Assembly: GCA_016187175.1 (NCBI GenBank)
Contig: JACPKG010000016.1
Location: 1-53,234 of the forward strand
Length of the DNA stretch: 53,234 nt
Direction: 5' to 3'
DNA from: Candidatus Saccharimonadota bacterium
Lineage (GTDB): Bacteria; Patescibacteriota; Saccharimonadia; Saccharimonadales; UBA10212
This document shows, piece after piece, positions 25,855 to 34,161 of the stretch. The translations under genes and the position numbers were made by a program. The notes beneath the pieces were generated by a model that was not told the DNA's origin, made no database searches, and saw only the letters and a list, made by a program, of their open reading frames with translations. The first letter of the stretch is position 1. Every line of letters begins with the position of its first letter.

Positions 25855-27843
25855 ATGGATCAGAGGCTCATTCGGAACTTTTGTATTATTGCGCACATTG
25901 ATCATGGTAAGAGCACGCTGGCTGACCGGTTGCTGGAATTAACCGGTACCGTAGAAAAACGCAACATGAAGGCCCAGATCCTGGACAAAATGGAACTGGA
26001 GCAGGAACGGGGCATCACCATTAAGCTTGCTCCGGTCCGCATGAAATACCGGCCAGCCGTTAACCATTCACCATTAACTGTTCACCATGCATTAACCATT
26101 GGCCATGATCCATTAACCGAAGAAAACGGTAAACGGATAACAGATAACGCATGGAAAACGGAAAACGGTAAAGGGAAAACGGATCAAGTTGAGTATGAAC
26201 TCAACTTGATTGATACTCCCGGTCATGTGGACTTCAGTTACGAGGTCAGCCGCAGCCTGGAAGCCGTCGAAGGTGCGATTTTAGTGGTCGACGCCAGCCA
26301 GGGTGTGCAGGCCCAGACTTTATCAAATATTTATTTGGCGTTAGCAGCTAACCTCAAAATTATTCCGGTGCTGAACAAAATTGATTTGCCGGCCGCAAAC
26401 GTGGAACGGGTTAGTGACGAAGTTATAAAATTACTAGGCTGCCAAAAGGAGGACATTTTACTAATCAGCGCCAAAACCGGTGAGGGGGTGGACCAGGTTT
26501 TGGGACGAGTCGTTGCTGATGTGCCACCGCCATCGGGCAAGGCCGAGGCGCCGACCCGGGCGCTGATTTTTGATAGCTACTATGACGATCACAGAGGAGT
26601 TATTTTGTATGTCAGGCTGGTTGACGGCCGAATTTCCAAGCAGGATTTAATCAAAGTGATGGCTACTGGTGCTCAAGCTACAGCACTGGACGTCGGTTTT
26701 TTGAGCCCGGAAATGAAACCAGCGACGGCTTTGGCGGCTGGAGAAATCGGCTATGTTGTCACCAATCTCAAATCGGCCCGTGAAGCTAAAGTCGGCGACA
26801 CCGTCACCACAGCCAACGACTATAGCGACTATAGGGTCGTACCCTATGACGGTCATAGGGTACGACCCTTAGAAGGGTATAAAGAGGTGCGTCCGTTTGT
26901 CTATGCCGGTTTTTTCCCAAACAGCAACGAAGACTACCAAACTTTTAAGATCGCGGTCGAGAAGTTGTCTTTAAGTGATTCGTCGCTGCAGTACACGTCG
27001 GAAAATTCACCGGTTTTGGGCTTTGGCCTGCGTCTTGGTTTTTTGGGTTTATTACATATGGATATTGTTCGTGAGAGGCTGCAACGAGAGTATGATCTTG
27101 ACCTAATTATCACCAACCCCTCAACTGATTACGAGGTCAGTCTGACCAACGGCCAATTAGTTGATATAAAATCAGCCGCCGACTTGCCGAGTATTAGTAC
27201 AATATCTGAAATTCGTGAGCCGTGGATAAAGGGCGAGATAGCCTGTCCGGCCGTATTTTTGGGTAGCGTTTTAGAGCTAATCAGTAAATCACGAGGGCTT
27301 CATAAACGAATCGAACATATTTCTACGCATTCGACTCCCAAAAATACGGCCGGATCTGACCAAGGTTTAGTAATTATAGATTTCGAAGCGCCACTTACCA
27401 ACTTGATTACCGATTTTTATGACCAACTTAAAAGCATTACTTCCGGCTACGGTTCGTTTAGTTACGAGCTGGCGGATTACCGGGCCGGCGACCTAGTTAA
27501 AGTTGATTTTTATGTCACCGGCGAAAAGGTTGACGCACTGAGTGTTATTGTGCACAAAACCGAGGCCGAACGCGTAGGCCGCCGGGTCGTAGAAAAACTC
27601 AAGGAAGCCATTCCGCGCCAGCAGTTTAAAGTTAGCCTGCAGGCGGCCATCGGTAGCAAATTTATCGCCCGCGAAGACATATCGGCTTACCGCAAAGATG
27701 TTACCGCCAAACTTTACGGCGGCGACGTTACCCGCCGTAAGAAACTTTTGGCCAAGCAAAAAAAGGGCAAAGAGCGCATGAAGCGTTTTGGAAATGTTGA
27801 TGTCCCTGCCGAAGCTTTCACCGTAATGCTGAAACGTGATTAA
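25855..27843 (+). CDS. lepA: translation elongation factor 4 (LepA) carrying in-frame insertions
   Basis: IRNFCIIAHIDHGKSTLADRL, DTPGHVDF, NKIDLP and the LepA-specific C-terminal domain (GDVTRRKKLLAKQKKGKERMK). Start at MDQRLIRNF. Confidence 0.9.
   Translation: MDQRLIRNFCIIAHIDHGKSTLADRLLELTGTVEKRNMKAQILDKMELEQERGITIKLAPVRMKYRPAVNHSPLTVHHALTIGHDPLTEENGKRITDNAWKTENGKGKTDQVEYELNLIDTPGHVDFSYEVSRSLEAVEGAILVVDASQGVQAQTLSNIYLALAANLKIIPVLNKIDLPAANVERVSDEVIKLLGCQKEDILLISAKTGEGVDQVLGRVVADVPPPSGKAEAPTRALIFDSYYDDHRGVILYVRLVDGRISKQDLIKVMATGAQATALDVGFLSPEMKPATALAAGEIGYVVTNLKSAREAKVGDTVTTANDYSDYRVVPYDGHRVRPLEGYKEVRPFVYAGFFPNSNEDYQTFKIAVEKLSLSDSSLQYTSENSPVLGFGLRLGFLGLLHMDIVRERLQREYDLDLIITNPSTDYEVSLTNGQLVDIKSAADLPSISTISEIREPWIKGEIACPAVFLGSVLELISKSRGLHKRIEHISTHSTPKNTAGSDQGLVIIDFEAPLTNLITDFYDQLKSITSGYGSFSYELADYRAGDLVKVDFYVTGEKVDALSVIVHKTEAERVGRRVVEKLKEAIPRQQFKVSLQAAIGSKFIAREDISAYRKDVTAKLYGGDVTRRKKLLAKQKKGKERMKRFGNVDVPAEAFTVMLKRD
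26056..26187. repeat. about 130-nt quasi-palindromic low-complexity insertion, in frame in the LepA G domain
   Basis: The 5' half is CCATTAAC-like repeats and the 3' half is GAAAACGG(T)AAA-like repeats. The halves are roughly complementary (CCATGC/GCATGG, CCGTTAACC/GGAAAACGG). Encodes AVNHSPLTVHHALTIGHDPLTEENGKRITDNAWKTENGKGKTDQ between switch I and DTPGH. Confidence 0.6.
26831..26870. repeat. 40-nt near-perfect palindrome (two AGGGT-NNN-ACCCT units), in frame in lepA
   Basis: ATAGGGTCGTACCCTATGAC-g-GTCATAGGGTACGACCCTT; 19 of 20 positions complementary. Encodes YRVVPYDGHRVRP. Confidence 0.7.
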
Positions 27844-27851
27844 ATACATCC

Positions 27852-28115
27852 ATGAAAGCTCCTGTTGATCCGCGAAAAGTTAAAGAAATTGCTGACCAAA
27901 AGGTCGTTAGCCGATTATCGCCAGTCCGCGATAGCGCCTTTAACCGTTTTCCTCTGTTATTTACGCTTTTAGGAGCCTTTGGAGTAGTGGCAACCCTTTA
28001 CGGCTTTGAGCGCTTAATAGATAAAAGCGAACTTTTGTCTGACAGCCCTTTTATTTTGCTAGGTACAGGCATCTTAACACTCATTTTGACCGGCTCGCTT
28101 TACAAAAAGTTGTAG
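27852..28115 (+). CDS. small membrane protein (two TM helices)
   Basis: 87 aa ORF 8 nt after the lepA stop. Two hydrophobic helices. Confidence 0.5.
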   Translation: MKAPVDPRKVKEIADQKVVSRLSPVRDSAFNRFPLLFTLLGAFGVVATLYGFERLIDKSELLSDSPFILLGTGILTLILTGSLYKKL

Positions 28116-28185
28116 TGTTATCGTGTGATAATCTGTTAGGCATGACCGAGAGTTTAATACTCGCACAAAGTGGGTCGAGCAACTA

Positions 28186-28923
28186 ATGAAACTAAACTTT
28201 TACGATGACTTCAAGAAAGTGCTGTTAGACTACAAGATATCGGAGCGAGCCAGGCAAGCACTTGCAGGCTTGCCGCTGGTCTTGATGGTTGCACCCACCT
28301 CCACTGGGCGCAACACCATGATTCGCGAACTGCTAAAAACTGGTAAATATTACTTTGTTGTTTCTGATACTACTCGCCCACCACAAATTCGCGACGGCAA
28401 AATGGAAGAGCACGGTGTCGAGTATTTTTTTCGAAGTGAGGAGGAAGTTCTGAATGACCTAAAGCGGGGTGAGTTTTTAGAGGCGGCGATCATTCATGAA
28501 CAACAAGTCTCAGGAATTAGCATCCGCGAGTTGGAAAAAGCCAAAAAGTATAAAAAAGTGGCAGCCACAGATATAGAAGTAATTGGCACGGACAATATAA
28601 TACTTGCTAAACCGGATGCGGTAGCTGTATTTTTGGTGCCCCCAAGCTTTGAAGAGTGGCAAAAAAGACTCAATAGCCGGGGGCAAATGAGTCCGCCCGA
28701 AATGAACAACCGCTTGGTTAGCGCAGCAAAAGAGCTTAAAGCCGCTCTTACACGTGACTACTACCATTTCGTAGTAGCTGATGATTTAGCACGCACTGTG
28801 CCGCTGGTGGATAAAATTGCTCACGGCAGTAACGACCAAGCAGAACAGCAAAGGGGCCAAGCACTAATTAAAGAACTATCTAAAGAACTTCAGCAGAAAT
28901 TGGAACCCGGGCTTGCAAATTAA
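28186..28923 (+). CDS. guanylate kinase-like protein with a degenerate P-loop
   Basis: SDTTRPPQIRDGKMEEHGVEYFF matches the GMP-binding region of guanylate kinases, but the Walker A position reads APTSTGRNT (Arg in place of the Lys). Confidence 0.65.
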   Translation: MKLNFYDDFKKVLLDYKISERARQALAGLPLVLMVAPTSTGRNTMIRELLKTGKYYFVVSDTTRPPQIRDGKMEEHGVEYFFRSEEEVLNDLKRGEFLEAAIIHEQQVSGISIRELEKAKKYKKVAATDIEVIGTDNIILAKPDAVAVFLVPPSFEEWQKRLNSRGQMSPPEMNNRLVSAAKELKAALTRDYYHFVVADDLARTVPLVDKIAHGSNDQAEQQRGQALIKELSKELQQKLEPGLAN

Positions 28924-28951
28924 GAGAAGTAGTCTTATAAGATATTGATAT

Positions 28952-29191
28952 ATGACCAGATACGCAGTCAGCCGCGAGAGGCGCTCCGACCTGTTGAATG
29001 AACATAAACGGGCCGATTTGCCTAGCCGCGCTGCAGTAAGACTTGTACTAGAAAGAGTTAGAGACTGGTGGAATACAAGCGTCCCGGAATCTCGGGCCCA
29101 GTTAGTGGCAGCTACAAGCGGGCGGCTGGCGCTTGCTGGCGAAGTAGAACCAGACGAAAACTATCCACCGTCTTTATATAGCCTTTCCTAG
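28952..29191 (+). CDS. doubtful hypothetical ORF (79 aa)
   Basis: Track ORF only. Arg-rich, no motif, no clear SD. Confidence 0.3.
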   Translation: MTRYAVSRERRSDLLNEHKRADLPSRAAVRLVLERVRDWWNTSVPESRAQLVAATSGRLALAGEVEPDENYPPSLYSLS

Positions 29192-29215
29192 CAAGCCAGC
29201 CGGGCGGTAACATAA

Positions 29216-29279
29216 TTAGCACTCTTGACTTAGATCTGCCAATTTTTGTAAACTAGCACTCAGTACATATGAGTGCTAA
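29216..29279 (+). promoter_or_regulatory. heat-shock promoter region with a CIRCE operator (HrcA binding site)
   Basis: Perfect CIRCE-type inverted repeat CTAGCACTC-N9-GAGTGCTAA at 29253-29279. An extra TTAGCACTC half-site at 29216-29224 abuts a TTGACT -35-like hexamer (29225-29230). Confidence 0.8.
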
Positions 29280-29322
29280 TAAGGGAAAAAATAACCCGAG
29301 TGTCGAAACTATGGAGTGCTAG

Positions 29323-30033
29323 ATGACCGAAAGACAAGGTAAATTACTTCAAGCTATAGTCGAGCAATATGCCGAGGTAGCCAGTCCGGTGGGCAGCAGC
29401 CTACTGGCCAAGGTGTTCGATGTTTCCAGTGCCACCATCCGGGCCGAAATGGCCGATCTGGAACGCAGTGGCTACATCATGCAGCCGCACACTAGCGCTG
29501 GCCGTATTCCAACCGACAGGGGCTATCGTTACTACGTCAACCAGCTGGCCCAGCTAGGAGAGAAAGCAAAACCACGTGCCGAGCGCGCCGAACAGGCGTT
29601 GGCAGCCAGGGTAGCAGGTGGTGGATTACCGGAACGGACTATCCGCAACGCTGTAGACACACTGGTTGAACTGACCCATAATTTGGGACTGGCGACGATT
29701 GGTGAACAGCTTTATATAAGCGGCCTGTCCAATCTGTTTGGCCAGCCGGAATTCATACACCCGGGGCAGGTCCAGGAGGTTGCGAGGCTTCTGGACAATC
29801 TAGAACCGTGGCTATATGAAGCTGCGCCCAACCAACCGTTAAGCGTTTATATCGGCCGGGAGAACCCCATTGGTAGCACCGCTGGCTGCAGTCTAATTAT
29901 CAGCCGTTTCCGCAGTCCGTTTTCCGACCGTAGCTACATCGGTACGCTGGGACCAACCCGCCAAAGTTATCGTGAGGTTATGGCCCTGGTTGGCCGTGCC
30001 GGCCAAGCTTTGGAGGAGACAATTTATGTCTAG
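29323..30033 (+). CDS. hrcA: heat-inducible transcription repressor HrcA (short form)
   Basis: MTERQGKLLQAIVEQYAEVASPVGSSLLAK...SSATIRAEMADLERSGYIMQPHTSAGRIPTDRGYRYYV is the canonical HrcA wHTH. 236 aa, shorter than the roughly 340 aa typical length. Confidence 0.85.
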   Translation: MTERQGKLLQAIVEQYAEVASPVGSSLLAKVFDVSSATIRAEMADLERSGYIMQPHTSAGRIPTDRGYRYYVNQLAQLGEKAKPRAERAEQALAARVAGGGLPERTIRNAVDTLVELTHNLGLATIGEQLYISGLSNLFGQPEFIHPGQVQEVARLLDNLEPWLYEAAPNQPLSVYIGRENPIGSTAGCSLIISRFRSPFSDRSYIGTLGPTRQSYREVMALVGRAGQALEETIYV

Positions 30034-30036
30034 TAT

Positions 30037-30064
30037 TTCGTATTTGGCTTTTCGTATTTGGCTT
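30037..30064 (+). repeat. perfect tandem duplication of 14 nt (TTCGTATTTGGCTT x2)
   Basis: Read directly, in the hrcA-grpE spacer. Confidence 0.7.
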
Positions 30065-30081
30065 TTTGAGGGACAACCCCG

Positions 30082-30624
30082 ATGAAGCAGAAGCAAAATA
30101 CCAGCAGCCAACAGCCAATAGCGTTCGAGGATTTGCGAAAACAAATCCTTGAACTAACAGAGGCTTTGCAGCGTGAGCGAGCCGATGCTGTAAACCTAAG
30201 ACGCCGGGCGGACGAAGAGCGCTCCCAAGCAGCCAACTTTCATAAAGCCATGGTGGTGCGCGATATTCTGCCAATTGTCGACAACTGCGAAAGATTACTA
30301 GAGCACATTTCCGCCGATTCCAAGGTCCGGCCTTGGAAACAGGGGGTGGAGCAGATTGTGAAGCAGTGCCAAAAAACGCTGGATGATCTTGGGGTTGAAC
30401 GTATTAAGACGGTTGGCCAACATTTTAACCCCCACTTGCACGAAGCTGTCAGTATGGACCTGTCCTCCGACTTGTCCGCCGAAGATTCAGCGGAGGCGGA
30501 AGCCTCGGCGAAGGAGGGGGATGGCGAGCACGAGATTATAACCGAGGAGCTTCAAGCAGGCTACAAAATCGGTAGCGAAGTTGTTCGCCCCGCCATGGTC
30601 AAAGTAAGGAAGGAGAAAGAGTAA
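30082..30624 (+). CDS. grpE: nucleotide exchange factor GrpE
   Basis: Coiled-coil N-terminus and GrpE core (FNPHLHEAV ... GYKIGSEVVRPAMVKV), with an acidic insertion. Confidence 0.9.
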   Translation: MKQKQNTSSQQPIAFEDLRKQILELTEALQRERADAVNLRRRADEERSQAANFHKAMVVRDILPIVDNCERLLEHISADSKVRPWKQGVEQIVKQCQKTLDDLGVERIKTVGQHFNPHLHEAVSMDLSSDLSAEDSAEAEASAKEGDGEHEIITEELQAGYKIGSEVVRPAMVKVRKEKE

Positions 30625-30995
30625 TGGAAAGAAATAAATTACAAGAAAGTTTACAACGCGGGCGAGAAAGTCTAAGTAGACTAGCTAGATGGATCATCGA
30701 TCAAGTTGCTATCTATCCCTCTGATTTTAATGCCCGTCTAGCAGCATCGCCCGTAGCGACCGAAATAGCGGCGGCGCGCCGAGGGGAAGGGACTAGGAGC
30801 GAAGACGAAATTCTGAATGGTCTTCCCCCACAGGTACAAAAATACGCGTTAATGACAGCAGATAGGACCAGACCGTTAGATCAGACTGAAGCAGGTATAT
30901 CTGCCAGAAGGCTAGAAGAAAGATCTAGGCGTTTAGCAGAAGCACAGCACCGTCTGCGCGGACCCCAGGGTCTTCGCTTAGATCGGGGAGAGTAA
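30624..30995 (+). CDS. hypothetical protein inserted between grpE and dnaK
   Basis: 123 aa. TAATG overlap with grpE, and ends 1 nt before dnaK. Arg/Glu-rich, no family recognised. Confidence 0.5.
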   Translation: MERNKLQESLQRGRESLSRLARWIIDQVAIYPSDFNARLAASPVATEIAAARRGEGTRSEDEILNGLPPQVQKYALMTADRTRPLDQTEAGISARRLEERSRRLAEAQHRLRGPQGLRLDRGE

Positions 30996-30996
30996 A

Positions 30997-32952
30997 ATGG
31001 GGAAAATTATAGGCATAGATTTAGGAACGACTAACTCGGCGATGGCCGTGATGCAGGCCGGTAAGCCGGAAATTATTGCTAATAGTGAAGGCAACCGTAC
31101 TACGCCAAGTGTAGTGGCGATTAATAAAAATAGCGAACGTTTAGTTGGCCAAGTGGCTAACCGCCAGCGGGTAACTAACCCAACCAACACTATTTTTGGT
31201 GTCAAGCGTCTAATTGGGCGCAAATTCACCGATCCGGAAGTCCAAAAAGACATCGAGTTGATGCCTTATAAAATCGTTAAGGCTGGTACTGGCGTGAAAG
31301 TAGAAATGGCCGGCAAAGAATATAGTCCCGAAGAAGTCAGCGCTATGATCTTATCCAAGCTTAAAGCTGACGCTGAAAAATTCCTTGGCGAACCGGTAAC
31401 CGAAGCTGTCATTACCACACCGGCCTACTTTGATGATAGCCAGCGTCAGGCTACCAAGGATGCCGGTAAAATTGCCGGGCTAGAAGTCAAGCGCATCATT
31501 AACGAACCAACGGCTGCCGCCTTAGCATACGGCTTGGATAAAGGTAAAGAAGAAAAAATCGCCGTTTACGACCTCGGCGGCGGCACTTTCGATATTTCCA
31601 TTCTGCAGCTAGGCGACGGCGTCTTTGAAGTTTTAAGCACGCACGGTGACACGCACTTGGGTGGTGAGGACTTTGACCTGCGAATCGTTAACCATTTTGT
31701 TGACCAGTTTAAAAAAGAGTCCGGCATTGATGTTAAAGATGACAAAGCCGCCATGCAGCGTCTAAAGGAAGAGGCCGAAAAAGCTAAAAAAGAACTGTCT
31801 ACCGCAGAAGTAGCTGATATCAATTTGCCGTTCTTGACCGCTGATGCGGAGGGTCCGAAGCACTTCGAGTATAAACTTACTCGCGCCAAACTGGTGGAGC
31901 TGGTTCAGGATTTGATCGATAAAACCGAGGAGCCGGTTAAGAAGGCTATTAAAGACGCCAAATTAACACCTGCTGACATCAATGAAATTGTTTTAGTGGG
32001 CGGTATGACCCGCATGCCGGCCGTAGTCGAAAAAGTTAAATCAGTTTTTGGCAAAGAGCCGATGCAGGGTGTCAATCCGGATGAAGTCGTAGCAGTAGGC
32101 GCGGCTATTCAGGCCGGCGTGCTGCAAGGCGACGTTAAAGACGTGCTGTTGCTGGATGTTACTCCACTATCGCTGGGTATTGAAACACTTGGCGGCGTAA
32201 CTACTAAACTGATCGAACGTAACACCACTATTCCAACCAGCAAAAACGAGGTCTTTAGCACGGCAGCCGATAACCAAAACAGCGTAGAAATCCACGTGCT
32301 GCAAGGCGAAAGAGAAATGGCCGAAGGCAACAAAAGCCTGGGCCGCTTTGTGTTGGATGGTATTCCACCGGCGCCACGCGGCGTGCCACAAATTGAAGTC
32401 ACTTTTAATATTGACGCCAATGGCATTTTGAACGTCACTGCCAAAGATAAAGGTACGGGCAAAGAGCAAAGCATTACCATCAAAGAAAGCGGCAGCTTAA
32501 GCAAAGAAGAGGTGGAAAAAGCCGCCAAAGACGCTGAGGCCCACGCTGAGGAAGATAAAAAGAAACGCGAAACTATCGAAGTTAAGAACCAGCTAGACAA
32601 CGCTGTTTACCAAGCAGAGAAAATGAAGACCGACTATAAGGATAAGTTGAGCGAGGAAGATGCCAAGACTTTGCAAGAAGCTATTGACGAAGCCAAGACT
32701 CATCTGGAAGCGACTGATAAGGATGAGCTGGAAAAAGCCGCCAAAGACTTAAGCGAAAAGATCATGCCAATCGGAGCTAAAATGTATGAGCAAGCGAACA
32801 AAGAGAGCGAAGCGAAACCGTCCGACGCGTCCCCCGAAGGATCGGCGAAGGGGGGAGCTTCAGCGAAGGATGGTGAGTCAAGCAAAGGTAAGAAATCCGA
32901 TAAGGACGAGCCAGTCGAAGGCGAAGTTGTTGATGATAAAGGAGAAAAGTAA
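30997..32952 (+). CDS. dnaK: molecular chaperone DnaK (Hsp70)
   Basis: [17 protein letters not shown] and [10 protein letters not shown] motifs. 651 aa. Confidence 0.97.
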   Translation: MGKIIGIDLGTTNSAMAVMQAGKPEIIANSEGNRTTPSVVAINKNSERLVGQVANRQRVTNPTNTIFGVKRLIGRKFTDPEVQKDIELMPYKIVKAGTGVKVEMAGKEYSPEEVSAMILSKLKADAEKFLGEPVTEAVITTPAYFDDSQRQATKDAGKIAGLEVKRIINEPTAAALAYGLDKGKEEKIAVYDLGGGTFDISILQLGDGVFEVLSTHGDTHLGGEDFDLRIVNHFVDQFKKESGIDVKDDKAAMQRLKEEAEKAKKELSTAEVADINLPFLTADAEGPKHFEYKLTRAKLVELVQDLIDKTEEPVKKAIKDAKLTPADINEIVLVGGMTRMPAVVEKVKSVFGKEPMQGVNPDEVVAVGAAIQAGVLQGDVKDVLLLDVTPLSLGIETLGGVTTKLIERNTTIPTSKNEVFSTAADNQNSVEIHVLQGEREMAEGNKSLGRFVLDGIPPAPRGVPQIEVTFNIDANGILNVTAKDKGTGKEQSITIKESGSLSKEEVEKAAKDAEAHAEEDKKKRETIEVKNQLDNAVYQAEKMKTDYKDKLSEEDAKTLQEAIDEAKTHLEATDKDELEKAAKDLSEKIMPIGAKMYEQANKESEAKPSDASPEGSAKGGASAKDGESSKGKKSDKDEPVEGEVVDDKGEK

Positions 32953-33245
32953 TGACGCGAACCGTCTATCTCTTCGAGTCAGTAGGTGGCGCAGACCCAC
33001 ACAATCATGCTGATCTAGACAAGACTATGAAACTAGTCGCGACCCAATATGGCTATTCGTCGCCTGAGGATTTTGCTAACGGTAATTATAAAGCATATGC
33101 TCGCTGTCTCTTCGCGGCGCTCAACCAACCCCCGAGAGCTTTAGATCACGAACTTCAAACTACTGTTGATAGAACAGCTTTTTCGTGGGTCAACCTACTA
33201 CGGCAGGTATACGGTGTTCTTGACTCAAGGCGAAAACCTAACTAG
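32952..33245 (+). CDS. hypothetical protein (97 aa)
   Basis: TAATG overlap with the dnaK stop. No family recognised. Confidence 0.4.
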   Translation: MTRTVYLFESVGGADPHNHADLDKTMKLVATQYGYSSPEDFANGNYKAYARCLFAALNQPPRALDHELQTTVDRTAFSWVNLLRQVYGVLDSRRKPN

Positions 33246-33249
33246 GTTA

Positions 33250-33582
33250 ATGGTGGATAGTGATAACTTTTGTCAGTTGTGGCTGACGTGTGCGGATAAA
33301 GCCGGGGCCAATAAGATCGCCAAAACTCTGCTGGACAAGAGATTAGTCGCTTGCGTCCGGCAAATTCCGGTGGCTTCCGATTTTCATTGGCGTGGTAAAA
33401 TTCAACACGCCAATGAGATAATGCTATTGATGGAAAGCCGCGGGGATTTATTCGATGAGATTGAGCGTGAAGTTGCTAAACTCCATAACTACGATACCTT
33501 TGTACTTGAAGCCACACCCGTCACTAAAATTTCTAAGAAAGCCGGACAATGGTTAAAAGGTGAACTAAAAAATGTCAGATGA
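33250..33582 (+). CDS. cutA: divalent-cation tolerance protein CutA
   Basis: LWLTCADKAGANKIAKTLLDKRLVACV...HWRGKI...E..LLMESR...HNYDTFVLEATPV fits the CutA1 fold family. Start moved to ATG 33250. Confidence 0.8.
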   Translation: MVDSDNFCQLWLTCADKAGANKIAKTLLDKRLVACVRQIPVASDFHWRGKIQHANEIMLLMESRGDLFDEIEREVAKLHNYDTFVLEATPVTKISKKAGQWLKGELKNVR

Positions 33583-34090
33583 AAGTCGGGATAGATTCAC
33601 TAGCATTGTTCAAGGTCAATTGCCAAGCACCAAAGATCGTTTGAGGCAAGCACTTAATGACCCGAAAGTTACTGGTTATTTTAATAACCATCCGGAACGA
33701 GACGGATATGCAGATAGGCAAGGCTATTTTAAGCTTCTTGACTATTTGGCGTATGAACACGGGTTATTTCCGGAAGAGTCTACTGAAGTTATAAGTAGGC
33801 TCTCCAGTAGATCCAGGCGTCAAGTAGCTAGCCGCAACTATGACCAAGAATTTTTGGGCATAATCAACTACCTTGAAGAATACGAACTGAGGATTCTACA
33901 AGCCACGGATGATAGAAGAATTAGAAAAGCTGCTCGTTTTTTAATACTTGGAGAGGGTGATGAGGAGGATCTGGACAGTGAAGAAATACTATCTGGGGTT
34001 GCCAAAACGTACAGGATTAATTTAGTTGACGCCAGAGAAGCTTTAGACATTCAAGAGAAAAGATTAATTGAAGAGCTACCTGATGTTTAG
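33572..34090 (+). CDS. hypothetical acidic protein (172 aa)
   Basis: Overlaps the cutA end by 11 nt. No family recognised. Confidence 0.5.
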   Translation: MSDESRDRFTSIVQGQLPSTKDRLRQALNDPKVTGYFNNHPERDGYADRQGYFKLLDYLAYEHGLFPEESTEVISRLSSRSRRQVASRNYDQEFLGIINYLEEYELRILQATDDRRIRKAARFLILGEGDEEDLDSEEILSGVAKTYRINLVDAREALDIQEKRLIEELPDV

Positions 34091-34161
34091 ACACAACTGC
34101 TCTAGAGAATGGTCTTTGGGTAGTGCGTATAGGATCGGATATCAAACATTAGTCTGTAGTC

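Noticed and set aside
26056-26187. Short direct repeats in lepA as a CRISPR-like or tandem-repeat locus.
   Set aside because: The units are 7-9 nt, irregular and lie in frame in an intact conserved gene. There is no repeat-spacer periodicity and there are no cas genes.
29216-29224. A second full CIRCE operator.
   Set aside because: Only the TTAGCACTC half-site is present. No GAGTGCTAA lies 9 nt downstream, and the half-site instead abuts the -35-like TTGACT.
31566-32885. Minus-strand ORFs inside dnaK (31566-31889, 32109-32600, 32167-32469, 32700-32885).
   Set aside because: Shadow ORFs antisense to a near-certain Hsp70 gene. They are low-complexity Ser/Ala/Leu-rich translations.
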